Counted from the first letter of the whole stretch, positions 38,872-50,733 are shown. The stretch: DNA of 63,896 bases, filler included, from Octopus bimaculoides (GCF_001194135.2; 5 parts of 5 records of this genome joined end to end with filler, not necessarily neighbours in it), one strand, 5' to 3'. Translations and numbers: made by a program. The notes: generated by a model not told the origin, from the sequence alone.

Positions 38872-39087
38872 TCGTTTCTACTCTAGGCACAAGGCCCGAA
38901 ATTTTGGGGGAGGGGGGAACCAGTCGATTAGATCTACCCCAGTACGCAACTGGTACTTAATTTATCGACTCCGAAAGGGTGAAAGGCAAAGTCGACCTCG
39001 GCGGAATTTGAACTCAGAACGTAAAGACAGACGAAATACCGCTTAACATTTCGCCCGGCGTGCTAACATTTCTGCCAGCTCGCCGAC
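38872..39087 (-). mobile_element. Full-length SINE family B monomer with a 17-bp TSD
   Basis: TTACTCT(G/A)TAATAATAA at 38855-38871 and 39088-39104. Confidence 0.94.
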
Positions 39088-40233
39088 TTACTCTATAATA
39101 ATAATATTTACTTACTGACGTCACAAGAATTTTAGAAATTTCAAGAACGCGAAATAATTATTTATTTGGATAGAAAACATTTTAAACCCAATATTTGCCC
39201 GCTATTATTTATAGCCTTATTTGATCGAGATTCACTCCTAAAAATGAAATATTTGCTAAAACATTATTTGTAGTGTTATTACACTACAAATGATAATATT
39301 GTTTAAGCAAATAACGATGGAGCGGCGACATTCGCCAATACCAGTTGATCCATTACGACTAAATAAGCTTAAAAACGTTCCTACAAAAAAAAATCAACAG
39401 GAAACCACAGAAAACGAGGCGTAACTGACAGCAAATGACGGTCATTGCAAAAAGCTATCGTAGGAAACATTAACATTCAGAGCATAAAGAAATGTCCCTG
39501 CCATACGAATTGGTAAGCTTTACTGGTGAAAGAGGTCGATGTATTTACATGTGGAGAGTTAGTGAGTACGTAAAGTAACTGAGTACGATTAGACTCCCTC
39601 CACAAAGGACGCCATTTGTCAAAGTAAAATAATCATGATCAGTTGCCAGTTCGTTTACTTAGAGTGCTTATCAGAGTTCCTTCTAATTTTTACTAGTGAT
39701 GTACGCAAAAAAAAATTGCATAATATGCCTAATTTTTTTTATAAGGTTCAAATTGTGTGCAGTACAGAGGCTACTGAAATTGGGATGCGTCTCACACGGC
39801 AGTATGCTATTAAATATGGTAGTCTATACACATACGGAATTCAATCAAATCTAGAATTATAGATGTGTATGTATACGCACACACGCACACATTCACACAA
39901 CCACACATACACACACGCACACATAAATATAAATATATATATGAATAACAGAAAAATGGATCGAACGACATTCTTTATTTCAATTGCGTCGTTTAATCCA
40001 TTTTCTATTATTCATCTGTATATATAAATTCTACGGATTCTATGGCCCTTCTGGTGTGTATCCACTCACAAGAGCCTTCTCACTGTATCATGACATCTGG
40101 TAGCTAATACCTATGGACGAGCTTTGCATCGCATACCACAAGGATTTTATACAAATCTTATTTAAGTGTGTATGTGTGTGTGTATATTTGTGTGTGTGTA
40201 TTTATGTACAGATGTATCTATGTATGAATGTAC

Positions 40234-40277
<44 letters not shown>

Positions 40278-40339
40278 GCGCGCGTTGTGTGTGCATGAGT
40301 GAGTGTGTATATGTGTACACATATATGCATACATGTAAG

Positions 40340-40475
40340 CTTCTGCATAGTTTCTGTTTGCTAGAATCCTTTTACAAGATATTGGTAAACTCGACGTTAT
40401 TCTAGAAGACACTTGGCTAATTCGAGTAGTCGAATCGTTGCGATGAAACCTTTTAACTACTCAGCCATGCTTGCA
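40340..40475 (-). mobile_element. Old, internally deleted SINE family A variant
   Basis: Reverse complement reads GCATGGCTGAGTAGTTAA..GCCAAGTGTCTTCTAG..CAGAAACTATGCAGAAGC. Confidence 0.65.
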
Positions 40476-40487
40476 CCTATATACACG

Positions 40488-40521
<34 letters not shown>

Positions 40522-41219
40522 TGTATGTATGTGTGTATGTATGTATGTATGTGTATATATTATATATATATGCATATAAACATATATGCTTTTATGTATA
40601 TATATATATNNNNNNNNNNNNNNNNNNNNNNNNNNNNNNNNNNNNNNNNNNNNNNNNNNNNNNNNNNNNNNNNNNNNNNNNNNNNNNNNNNNNNNNNNNN
40701 NNNNNNNNNNNNNATATAGGTATATATAAATATATATACATATATGTATGTGTGTGTATGTGTGTGTGTACATATATATGCATATATATATATATTCATA
40801 CACATGCATACATACATACATACATACATACAAACATACATACATATATACATACATACATACATACATACATACATACACATTACCATTTTGATTCACA
40901 AATTTTCTGCTGTTTTTGTAAATGTCAATGAGGAAGTGATACCGGATGTGCAAGTGTGTTTCAAACTATTACTTTATAATCTACTGTATTTCGCAATCCG
41001 GTTACCAAATTCTGGTTTAACTTTCTCAGTTGCATAAGTTGCATAAATATAATTTTAATTTTATTTTTCATTTTGTACTAAAAATCAGGTCTCAGAATTT
41101 GAGTGGGTATTAGCCTGTATCGTAACTTACCCCGCCCTGCAAAACTCATTAGCAAAATATGAAATCAAGAATTGGGTCTGGGACGCCGAGCCGAGGTCGC
41201 ATTGCCACTTTGATGGTGT

Positions 41220-41345
41220 TTACTACAAGTCAAAGATGGAGCTTCTGTGTAGTCGTTTAACCCGTTAGAAATATCAGCTAAATATGCATCAAATTATTAC
41301 CTGCGTTCTTGAAAGGGAGGTAACGTATTTGATATAGTCCTATAT
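41220..41345 (+). repeat. Old dispersed repeat (family D), core 'G(C/T)TAGAAATA.CAGC.AAAT..C.TCAAAT...AC'
   Basis: Similar diverged segments seen by eye near 20670-20780, 47120-47190, 50335-50390 and 56895-56960, and inverted near 22150-22220. Confidence 0.4.
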
Positions 41346-41397
41346 TCTCAAACCCGTGGAGAATGACTCTTTTAGTTATAGGCAGCATCTGTCTGCG

Positions 41398-41441
<44 letters not shown>

Positions 41442-42033
41442 GACATATACACACGCACACACAGACATGCACACGCACACGCTCACACTCACACACACAC
41501 TCTAAAGTCGTCGGCAGTCATAGACCGTCAAGCCAAAATTCAACGACTCATTAATTTTCTTGAGAAAGATACAGCAGTGTCTTCACTTTCTTTTCCATCG
41601 CTTTATCTACAGTTTACTCCCATACTCACCCAAACTTACTGCGAGGCACAGAACCTATTCAGCCCTTAAGCAGAGGATTGGTTAATACGATACCAGGGCC
41701 TGCCTACATATTGCTGGGCCTGTATGCAACATGAATAGTAATCAACCCTCCCAACCCTCCTCTGACTTGTATATCCTCAACTACAAAACCATCTTCTACT
41801 ACTTAAATCAAGGGTAAGGAAACTTTTTAGTGCGGAGGACAAACATTGCCAATGAAAAAGGACTGCGGGCAGACCACAAGTTCTAACTCTTATATCTGTG
41901 TAAATCTTGTATATATATATGTATAATTCGATATCTAGACATGTAAATTTGACATGGGCGATTCTTTCTTGTCTTGGGATTCACGATCAAACGGCTGGGT
42001 GGAATTGCGCGAAAAATTACACAAATAGGCGTA

Positions 42034-42432
42034 GGAGTGGCTGTGTGGTAAGTAGCTTGCTTACAAACCACATGGTTCTGGGTTCAGTCCCACTGCGTGG
42101 CACCTTGGGCAAATGTCTTCTACTATAGCCTCGGACCGACCAAAGCCTTGTGAGTGGATTTGGTACACGGAAACTGAAAGGAACCCGTCGTATATATGTA
42201 TATATATGTATGTGTGTATATGTTTGTCTGTCTGTGTTTGTCCCTCCAATATCGCTTGACAACCGATGCTGGTGTGTTTACGTCCCCGTAACTTAGCGGT
42301 TCGGCAAAAGAGATCGCTGGAATAAGTACTAGGTTTCCAAAGAATAAGTCTTGGGTTCGATTTGCTCGACTAAAGGCGGTGCTCCAGCATGGCCACAGTC
42401 AAATGACTGAAACACGTAAATGAGTAAATGAG
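42034..42432 (+). mobile_element. SINE family A, full length
   Basis: Colinear with 21253-21657 from head to tail. Confidence 0.95.
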
Positions 42433-42929
42433 ATGTCTAGACTGGTCCGGTGATGTTGCTAGGCTTTGTATTTTTTTCATAACTCGCATGGTTACCCAGA
42501 TAATCTACTATAATAATACTCTTGTGTTTATGAATGAGAAAGGAAGGGGTGATGTCATACTTGGTAGTGGGATGATGAAAATTGTACGCTGAAAAAATAA
42601 ATCAAACACCGTTTCAACTCTGTGTGAATATACGTGTGTATGCCAAAGGGGGTATGTGAATGTGGGTGTGTGTGCATGTGTGTGTGTTTGTGTGTGTGTG
42701 CATGCGCGCGTGCAATGGAAGTGGGATGGTTCATCTTTGTTCGCTTAGTATTTGGGTTTATTTTTTTGATTTGGTTGAATCTTGGTTGGGTTCTTTTTTT
42801 GTTCAGTTATTTTTAGCGTTTTGACAGAAAAATGTCATTCTAAAATTGTTTTTTAACGTAAGCATGCCCAAACAAATCGAATGCTTACACAGAGCAGGTT
42901 TTACATCCTTTCCCCAACTCTCTTTTCTT

Positions 42930-44070
42930 TGTACTTTGCTGTTGCTTTTACTCATGCTTTTGCTAAGATTAACTCTCTGGGAATATGTGTCAGGTATCGA
43001 TCTTCTGGCCGCCTCGTTAATCTGCACTGATTTGCTGCCAATTCAAAAGTTTTCCAGTCTCTTATTCGTGACCTCTTTTATGCAGATGACTGTGCCTTAG
43101 TCACTCATACAGTGGATGACATGCAAATACCTATGAATCGTATTTCTGCTTCTTGCAAGGCATTTGAACTTAGTATTAGCCTGGACAAGACTGTTGTAAT
43201 GTTCCAGCCTGCACCAGGAAATCCATATGTGGAACCAGCTATCTTGGTTGAAGGAACAATTCTGAAGGTGGTAGACAAGTTTGTCTACCTGGGAAGCACA
43301 CTCAGTTGTTCTTGCTCCCTGGATGATGAAATATCTTTCAGGCAGCAAAGAGCAACTGATTCCTTCCGGTCTCTTCAGTCTCGTGTCTGGTCCCAGCATG
43401 GCATCACAAAGCAAACAAAATTTGCTGTGTAGTGTGCATGTGTACTGACATTGTTCCTTTACTCATGTGAGACATGGACCCTTTACAAACGTCATGTAAA
43501 GGTCCTTGAACGCTTTCATCAGAGATGTCTCGGACTCATTCTGAATGTTGGCTGGACCTTAAAAACTCCAGACACACAGGTCCTGAGGACAGCTGATATC
43601 TTGAGTTTTGAGGTGATGGTGCACAAGCACCGGTTACCTTATTAAAATGAAGAATAGCAGGATCCCTAAGCAAATGTTATATGGGAACATGTGAATGGAA
43701 AGAGACCCCAGCAGAAACTAAAGCTGCGATTTAAGGACTGTGTCAAGTCTTCATTAAAGGCCTGTGATATGCAAGAAACTGACTGGGAGAGCAATACCTA
43801 TCTATCTTGCCACAGATGGAGGAAGCAGGTTAAGGAGAGGGTCGACACTTTTGGGAGAGCACGTATTCTGCATGAAGAACTTAAGCGCACTGCTGGTGCA
43901 TTGAATGGGGAAAGCTTGGTTTGCAATGTTTTGAGTCGTGTATGCTTGTCAAGAGCAGGGCTCATTAGCCACCAATGGAGCTGCAAATGCAAAATATACG
44001 TTATTCCTAGAGCGTACTGTTCCTGAATGTCAGTAATGGTCTTCCTCGATCACAAATGGACGGATCACAA
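42930..44070 (+). pseudogene. 5'-truncated RTE-clade LINE (RT C-half to 3' UTR)
   Basis: LFYADDCAL (YADD at 43079-43090), ISLDKTVVMFQP, KFVYLGSTLS, LYSCETWTLY, LERFHQRCL, RIPKQMLYG, KLRFKD and the C-terminal C.SRAGLISH; stops and frameshifts present. Confidence 0.95.
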
Positions 44071-44530
44071 ATGAACTCGAAACCACTTGGTTGCAAACGA
44101 AACATTAGCTGCATAAATAAACACTTGTATAAATGAAATGAAATAACTTCATCGGAGAATAGAGACCTAATTTTTTCATCAGATATGACAAGGCTTTGCA
44201 TCTACTCTACGAAAAGTGTTATATAATGAAACGAAATTATTATATGATGTACAAGGTAGTTCAAAAGTCTTTCCAACTATGATATAAAGCGGCTGATAAC
44301 TGAGGTCATTTCAGTTTCTCAATGTAGTGCTTGTCTCTTCCTCTCTCTCTCACTCTCTCACATTTCCTACTTTACATATATCAATGTGTGTGTATGTGTG
44401 TCAAACCGATGAAACGATGTGCGAATGTAAATTTTATCAAAAACATATTTTTCCCCTCTAAAAGAAGTTAATACATTCGAAATATTATGATCTTTCATTA
44501 ATTAAGAATTATTTTATAATCATTTTCCAG

Positions 44531-44684
44531 TTGATGATGATGTCCAATCAACTAATGCTTTGAAAACTAACTTACGGAAAAGTGCTGCCAAGAAACGACA
44601 GCGCAAGCAATTAATTCCAAACCAAACCAAAACAGACGATGACAAGAGCAAAAAGGACATAGAAGATAATAAAAAATCAGTTCG
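44531..44684 (+). CDS. Candidate internal exon of the otopetrin-like gene (charged cytoplasmic N-terminal region), phase 1 to phase 2
   Basis: Acceptor ATCATTTTCCAG, donor CG|GTATGG; open frame DDDVQSTNALKTNLRKSAAKKRQRKQLIPNQTKTDDDKSKKDIEDNKKSV(R). Splices in frame to 48132 (CG+T = Arg). Confidence 0.55.
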
Positions 44685-44692
44685 GTATGGAA

Positions 44693-44694
<2 letters not shown>

Positions 44695-44766
<72 letters not shown>
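44695..44766. repeat. (ATA)n microsatellite
   Basis: Direct read. Confidence 0.97.
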
Positions 44767-44769
<3 letters not shown>

Positions 44770-44785
44770 GTCATTTTTGACAAAT

Positions 44786-45190
44786 ATTGCTTGCTTGCTT
44801 GCTTCATGGTCTTGTTTGATGGGGCTGGGGTCATCCCAAGTTAGTGGTCCCGGGGGCGCCATCGTGCGTAGTGCCGACCAGGTCCACCAGTATCCTTCAT
44901 CACTGGCGGTCCTCCAAGATGACGTAGAGCTTCTGGAGATATTCCTTAATCACGTCCAGCCATCTAGTTCGGAGCCTGCCACGGGGCTTTGCCACGAGGC
45001 CTGCCACGGGGCCTGCCACGGGGCCTGCCATGAGGCCTCTTCCAGCCCGCAGTTACTGCGTCAAATGATATTAAAGACCTGGTAGGATGATCTGGTGGGA
45101 GGCCGAAGACATGTCCGTACCAGCGCATGAGATGAATAGCTATGAAGTGGGAGGCTGCGAGCTGGTACATGCATGCACGCAGTTCTATGT
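44786..45190 (-). pseudogene. 3' end of an RTE-type LINE with an (AGCA)n tail and an internal 12-bp tandem expansion
   Basis: RWYGHVFGLPPDHPTR..GWKRP(H/R)GRPRGRPRG../TRWLDVIK; five GCCTGCCACGGG-like units at 44974-45034. Confidence 0.88.
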
Positions 45191-45677
45191 TGACAAATAT
45201 CACCAAAAAAATAACGTTTTTTTAAAATTTGTTTCAGTTTGATTTTGCAAAGCTATGTATATATATATATTCATGGATTGAAAAAATCCTAAAGGCCACT
45301 GAGCGGTTCTCATAAATTTGATGCTCAGTTTTGCTTTTCATGGCATTTGGTGGGTTAGAAATGATTTACACTTGGTTCAGACGCCAGAATTTTGTGGATA
45401 TCATCAGACTCTTTGCTATGTATTCCCAACAGCTTATGAGCAGTGAGACGTGTCGAGTCAAGTGCACTACTGAAATACAAGTCACATAAATTTGAATTAA
45501 ATTTCATGTGATCTAACTCGGCTGTTTTTCATTTTATGGCTGCAACAGTGGTTCTCAGATATTTTCGTAAATAAAAAAATATTTTGGTGTAATTTGAGAA
45601 CAAAGTTGAAAAATATAAAAATATTTCTATTCAAAGAATGAAGTAATTCATAAATTTTAGCCTGTAAATACAAATGA

Positions 45678-45893
45678 TATTTTCTACTATAGGAACAAGT
45701 CCTGAAATTTTGTAAGGGTAAGGTTAATCGATAACATTGACCCCAGTCCTCAGTCGGTACTTATTTTACCGACTCCACTGAATAAAAGGCAAAATCGACA
45801 TCGGTGAAATTTGAACTCAAAATGCAAAGACGGAATAAATTGCTGCTAAGCATTTTTGCTCGGTGCGCTAACAATTCTGCCAATTCGATGCCC
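45678..45893 (-). mobile_element. Old SINE family B
   Basis: Colinear with monomer B; flanked by CCTGTAAATA at 45661 and about 45895 (possible TSD). Confidence 0.8.
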
Positions 45894-45944
45894 TCCTGTA
45901 AATAACAATAATATAAATTATAGGAGAGTATATAATACACCTTT

Positions 45945-46298
45945 ATTCTTTTCTACTCTAGGCACAAGGCCCGAAATTTTGAGGGAGGTGGGGCAGTCGA
46001 TTAGATCGACTCCAGTAAGATAGACGAAATAGCGATAAGCATTTCGCCCGGTGTGCTAACGTTTCTTATTTCTTTATTGCCCACAAGGAGCTAAACATAG
46101 AGGGGACAAACAAAGATAGACAAAGGATTAAGTCGATTACATCGACCCCAGTGCGTAACTGGTACTTAATTTATCGACCCCGAAAGGATGAAAGGCAAAG
46201 TCAACCTCGGCGGAATTTGAACGCCGAGGGTAACGGCAGACGAAATACCGCTGAGCATTTCGCACGGCGCGCTAACGTTTCTGCCAGCTCGCCGCCTT
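45945..46298 (-). mobile_element. Dimeric SINE family B with an internal deletion in the second monomer
   Basis: Same monomer junction (GGGCAATAAAGAAATAAGAAACGTTAGC) as 48413-48846. Confidence 0.9.
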
Positions 46299-46851
46299 CA
46301 CGAAATCATTATCGCTACACTCAATTCCAATAAGCTGTGTAGTTAAGAAGTTCGTGTTTGCAATGACATGACTCCTGGTTCAATCCCACTATGAGATAAC
46401 TTGGATAAGCGTCGCCTATAATCTCCTCATGTCGACCAATGTCCACTATGTAGAATTTTGTGGATGGAAATAATTGGCGGAGCTATATCAGTTCTTATGT
46501 GATTTAGCACCACAACCTTATCCTTCGATACCTTTAACAGAGTGCGTACTAAAATTTCTGGCGTACTAACGTTTCTGCTCCGCACCACCTTATAATACTT
46601 CTTTATTCAACGAATAAAACGTAAAATTTCACATTTTTTAAAATATAGTAACTCTGTCATGCGGTACACTGGTGTACCGCAACTCGCTGTGCGAGAACCA
46701 CTACCTTAAAGTTGTCCAATTAGGATCTCCTTTCCTTTTCTCCTTTTCCTCTTTATATAATCTTAAAACCTCGCATTTATGAAAGAAGGCAAAATAAGAT
46801 GTTATTATACGCATGGTCCTTCAGTGGATACGTAAAATTTATATCGTACAA

Positions 46852-47066
46852 GGCGGCGAGCTAGTAGAAACGTTAGCACGCCGGGCGAAATGCTTAGTGG
46901 TATTTCGTCTGTCTTTACGTTCTGAGTTCAAATTCCGCCGAGGTCGACTTTGCCTTTCATCCTTTCGGGGTCGATAAATTTAAGTACCAGTTGCATACTT
47001 GGGTTGATCTACTCGACTGCTCCCACCTCCCCAAAAATTTTGGGCCTTGTGCCTAGAGTAGAAAAG
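46852..47066 (+). mobile_element. Full-length SINE family B monomer with a probable 13-bp TSD
   Basis: TTATATCGT(A/C)CAA at 46839-46851 and 47072-47084. Confidence 0.93.
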
Positions 47067-48131
47067 AAAAATTATATCGTCCAAATACATAACAAGGAAC
47101 TTGATTTTCCTGAAAGAGCAGCTAAATCTGCTTTCAACCCTACTCTGTCGTTTTAAAAAGGAATAGACATATTGGATATTGTAATCTCAGATGCAATATG
47201 TTTTAAAAAGTTGTGATGATCATAGGGTGAATATTTTTTTACCAAGGATCTGCTCAAACAGGGAAAACTTTGGCTTAATAAACAAGAAATTGCTTTAATA
47301 TGAAAAATTGAAGACGAATGTTTATGCACATTCAACGTAATGTGTTAATGATATCATAATTACATAACATCATACTTATATGATATCATGTTCATATAAG
47401 ACATGGCAGCGGGTGATAGAAAGGATAGAGCGTTGAATAAAATACTTTGACGTTTCGTTATGTCATTCTATATTTTGAGTTCAAATCCTGCCTAGAAAAT
47501 TTTTGCCTTTCACCTTTTTGGGTTCGATGAACAATGTACCAGTCTACTAACACTAGGACCTAAGTGATATGGCTGTAACTTTGACCGTAATACCCTTACA
47601 TGACCATTGTCCGTTGAATGAAACTAGTAGAATAAAAATAATCATTCTTACGTTTGTAAATATCGTTCTCAACCCTGCTTTAATAATATCTCTCTCTCTT
47701 TTCTCTCTCTCTATTCCTCTCCCTCTTCATCTTTCTCTTGACATAGAGAGGGGAGGAGAAGGGTGAGATCAACTTCATTATACTTTAACAAACAAACTGA
47801 ACCTTAAGGGAAAAAAATGATTTTAAAAAATTTTATTTTAAATTTTAAGTCATAAATCGATATTATTTATAAATCGCTATTATTGAAAACTGGTCGAGAA
47901 TGATATTTACGTAAGCATGTAAGAATGATTCTTTGACTCTGTGTGTGTGTGTGTGTGTGTGCGCGTTCATGCGTTCATGTATGTGTGTATTTTTTTCATT
48001 TATTTATGTGTTTCAGCCAAGTGGTTGCGGTCATGCTGGTGCACCACCGTATGTATGTATACTAGTTAAAAAAACATGCGAAAATTATTCAGTTTAAAAC
48101 ATTTACTACGTTAACTCTTTATGTTTTGCAG

Positions 48132-48246
48132 TGATGGTTTCTTCATCATACTCAGTGGAATGTACGGTCTACTACTGGTGGTGCTTGGTGCTGTGATACC
48201 AATTTCTGAAACTTTTGCAAATCTTACGACCTTGTATTTCTTCGAT
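48132..48246 (+). CDS. Otop: Otopetrin-family proton channel, exon encoding the first TM region (phase 2 to phase 0)
   Basis: Acceptor ATGTTTTGCAG, donor GAT|GTATGC; encodes DGFFIILSGMYGLLLVVLGAVIPISETFANLTTLYFFD. This aligns without gaps to the recalled invertebrate otopetrin TM1 pattern DG....LS..YG.LLVV.G...P..E........F.E. Confidence 0.75.
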
Positions 48247-48412
48247 GTATGCATATTTTTATATCTTTAACATATATTTCAATCATCTTTGGTCTATGGC
48301 TGGTTGTATTTTCTTCCAGTGACATATTAGAATATTAAAATACCGTTTTGTTCATCGACTATAATTTCCCTTAAGACATGTTGTATTGTGCCAATGCTAT
48401 TAAACCAATGTA

Positions 48413-48846
48413 AGGCGGCGAGCTGGCAGAAACGTTAGCACTCCGGGCAAAAATGCTTAGCGGTATTTCGTTTGCTGTTACGTTCTGAGCTCAAATTCAG
48501 CCGAGATCGACTTTGCTTTTCATCCTTTCGGAGTCGATAAATTAAGTGCCAGTTACGCTCTGGGGTCGATGTAATCGACTTAATCCCTTTGTCTGTCCTT
48601 GTTTGTTCCCTCTGTGTGTAGCCACTTGTGGGCAGTAAAGAAATAAAAAAACGTTAGCTCGCTGGGCGAAATGCTTAGTGGTATTTCGTCTGTCTTTACG
48701 TTCTGAGTTCAAATTCCATTGAGGTCGACTTTGCCTTTCATCCTTTCAGGATCGATAAATTAAGTACCAGTTGCGTACTAGGGTCGATCTAATTAACTGG
48801 CCCCCTCCCCAAAAATTTCGGGACTTGTGCCTAGAGTAGAAAAGGT
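48413..48846 (+). mobile_element. Intact dimeric SINE family B (434 bp) with a perfect 15-bp TSD
   Basis: TATTAAACCAATGTA at 48398-48412 and 48847-48861; two tRNA-derived monomers with different tails. Confidence 0.95.
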
Positions 48847-48895
48847 TATTAAACCAATGTACAAATATATCCAATATAGATAAAAAACAATATTT

Positions 48896-49106
48896 GTGGC
48901 AAGCTGGCAGAATCGTTACCGCACCGGGCAAAATGCTTAACAATATTTCTTTTGTCTTTACGTTCAGAGTTCAAATACCGCCGGTGTCGACTTTGCTTTC
49001 ATCCTTTCGGAGTCGATAAAATAGGTACTAGTTGAGCACTGGGATTGATATAATCGACATAGCCGCTTCCCCGAAATTGCTGGCAATGTACCAAGACTTG
49101 AAACCG
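48896..49106 (+). mobile_element. SINE family B, older tail variant
   Basis: GGCAAGCTGGCAGAATCGTT..GTTCAAATACC; tail ACCAAGACTTGAAACC. Confidence 0.88.
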
Positions 49107-49476
49107 ATATTTATTTGTTGCAGAGAGTTGTCAATTGGCCAGATCAGTAAAATAGTTGGTAAATTAATTACGATATATAGATAGAGCTCTTTATTTTCCC
49201 AATTCAAACCCGGTCACCTTTACCTTTCATTCTCCCAGGGTTGCTAAAATACCCTAGTTAAGTACGGAGGATCAACATATTGGACCACACGCTTTTCCCT
49301 AAATATGAGGCCGTTTTGGAGAGAGGCGGAGAGTTTCGACAAAATTAGAAATGAATATATATTTATTTCGTGCACTATTACGATAAACAGAGCCTGTTGT
49401 TTGACTTTCTACAGCCAAAAATATCCATCAATGTGATATAGGATCTATTGATTAGGAAAGTTGAGAAATAGGTGCA

Positions 49477-49758
49477 GGCGTGGCTGTGTGGTAAGAAGCT
49501 TGCTTTCCAACCACATGGTACCGGGTTCAGTCCCACAGCGTGGCACCTTGAACAACTGTCTTCTACTATAGCGTCGGAACGACCAAAGCCTTGTGAGTGG
49601 ATTTGATAGACGGTAACTGATAGAAGGCTGTCGTACATATATATGTATGTATATATATGTGCGCGCGTGTGTGTGTGTGTCTTTGAGTCTGTGTTTGTCA
49701 ACCACCATCGCTTGATAACTAGTGCTTGTGTGTTTACGTCCCTGTAATTTAACGGATC
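49477..49758 (+). mobile_element. SINE family A, 3'-truncated
   Basis: Head and body match 21253; homology stops just before the palindrome at 49766. Confidence 0.9.
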
Positions 49759-50152
49759 ACCTACCAGTGATCTCATATGAGATCACTTAGAAATTACAAA
49801 TTTCGTAATTATCTGTCAATATTTACACATATCTAACCTTTTTGCTATATCTACTAGGTATATTTCTCTGATATTCAAATGGGGTTTGCTAATTTTTAAC
49901 CCACTATCTCGCTTATTTCTATTTAAAATGTTATTTTGAAATGTTATTTTGAAATGTTATTTTGATCATTTCAGCGTGTTTCTAGGGCTGTTTTATGCTA
50001 GAAACCAAAGTTTCATTAAACCGTTACAGTATCCACAGTTACAGTATAATTTTCACTGGATCTACGTCAGTTATTCCGCAGTGTTCGTTTAGTTTAGAAT
50101 TGATGAGGGAAACAGAAAATGGGTTTGGTATGAAACAAGATTCGTAGCAAAT

Positions 50153-50236
50153 CCTTGAGCAAGTGTCTTCTATAGCCTCGGGCCCACCAAAGCCTTGTGA
50201 GTGGATTTGGTAGACGTAAACTGAAAGAAGTCCATC

Positions 50237-50309
<73 letters not shown>

Positions 50310-50733
50310 TCAAAGGACATACTAAGTATGTTTACCTGCTGAAAATAACAGTCAAAACTCTTATTTAAATCGCCAAAATACACTGATAATAATTACAGAA
50401 ATCAACCGTCCGAGGGCAAACGGGTTTAGACAATCTCTCAGCATACATTCAAGTACTTCAAGTATTTTTAAATTGTTACACTAGATAATAATGGAGTTAA
50501 TGATATCGTCGCAAATTATCTTTTCTCTCGAATTTTCTCGTGAATAATTTGCTCCGTATATGTGTGTGTTTGTGTGTTTATGTCCCCTTAACTTAACGGT
50601 TCAGCAAATGAGACCGATAAAATAAGTACTAGGCTTACAAAGAATAAGTCCGAGGGTCGATTCGTTCGACTAAAAGCAGTGCTCCAGCATGGCCGCAGTC
50701 AAATAACTGAAACAGGTAAAGGAATAAAAGAGA
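50153..50733 (+). mobile_element. SINE family A pieces (50153-50240 body; 50570-50733 3' end) separated by (TA)n and unrelated sequence
   Basis: CCTTGAGCAAGTGTCTTC..CCTTGTGAGTGGATTTGGTAGACG, then AACTTAACGGTTCAGC..CTCCAGCATGGCCGCAGTC. Confidence 0.8.

Noticed and set aside
46660-46681. Palindrome TGCGGTACAC-TG-GTGTACCGCA
   Set aside because: Probably a subterminal motif of a fragmentary MITE; I could not define element ends or any function.
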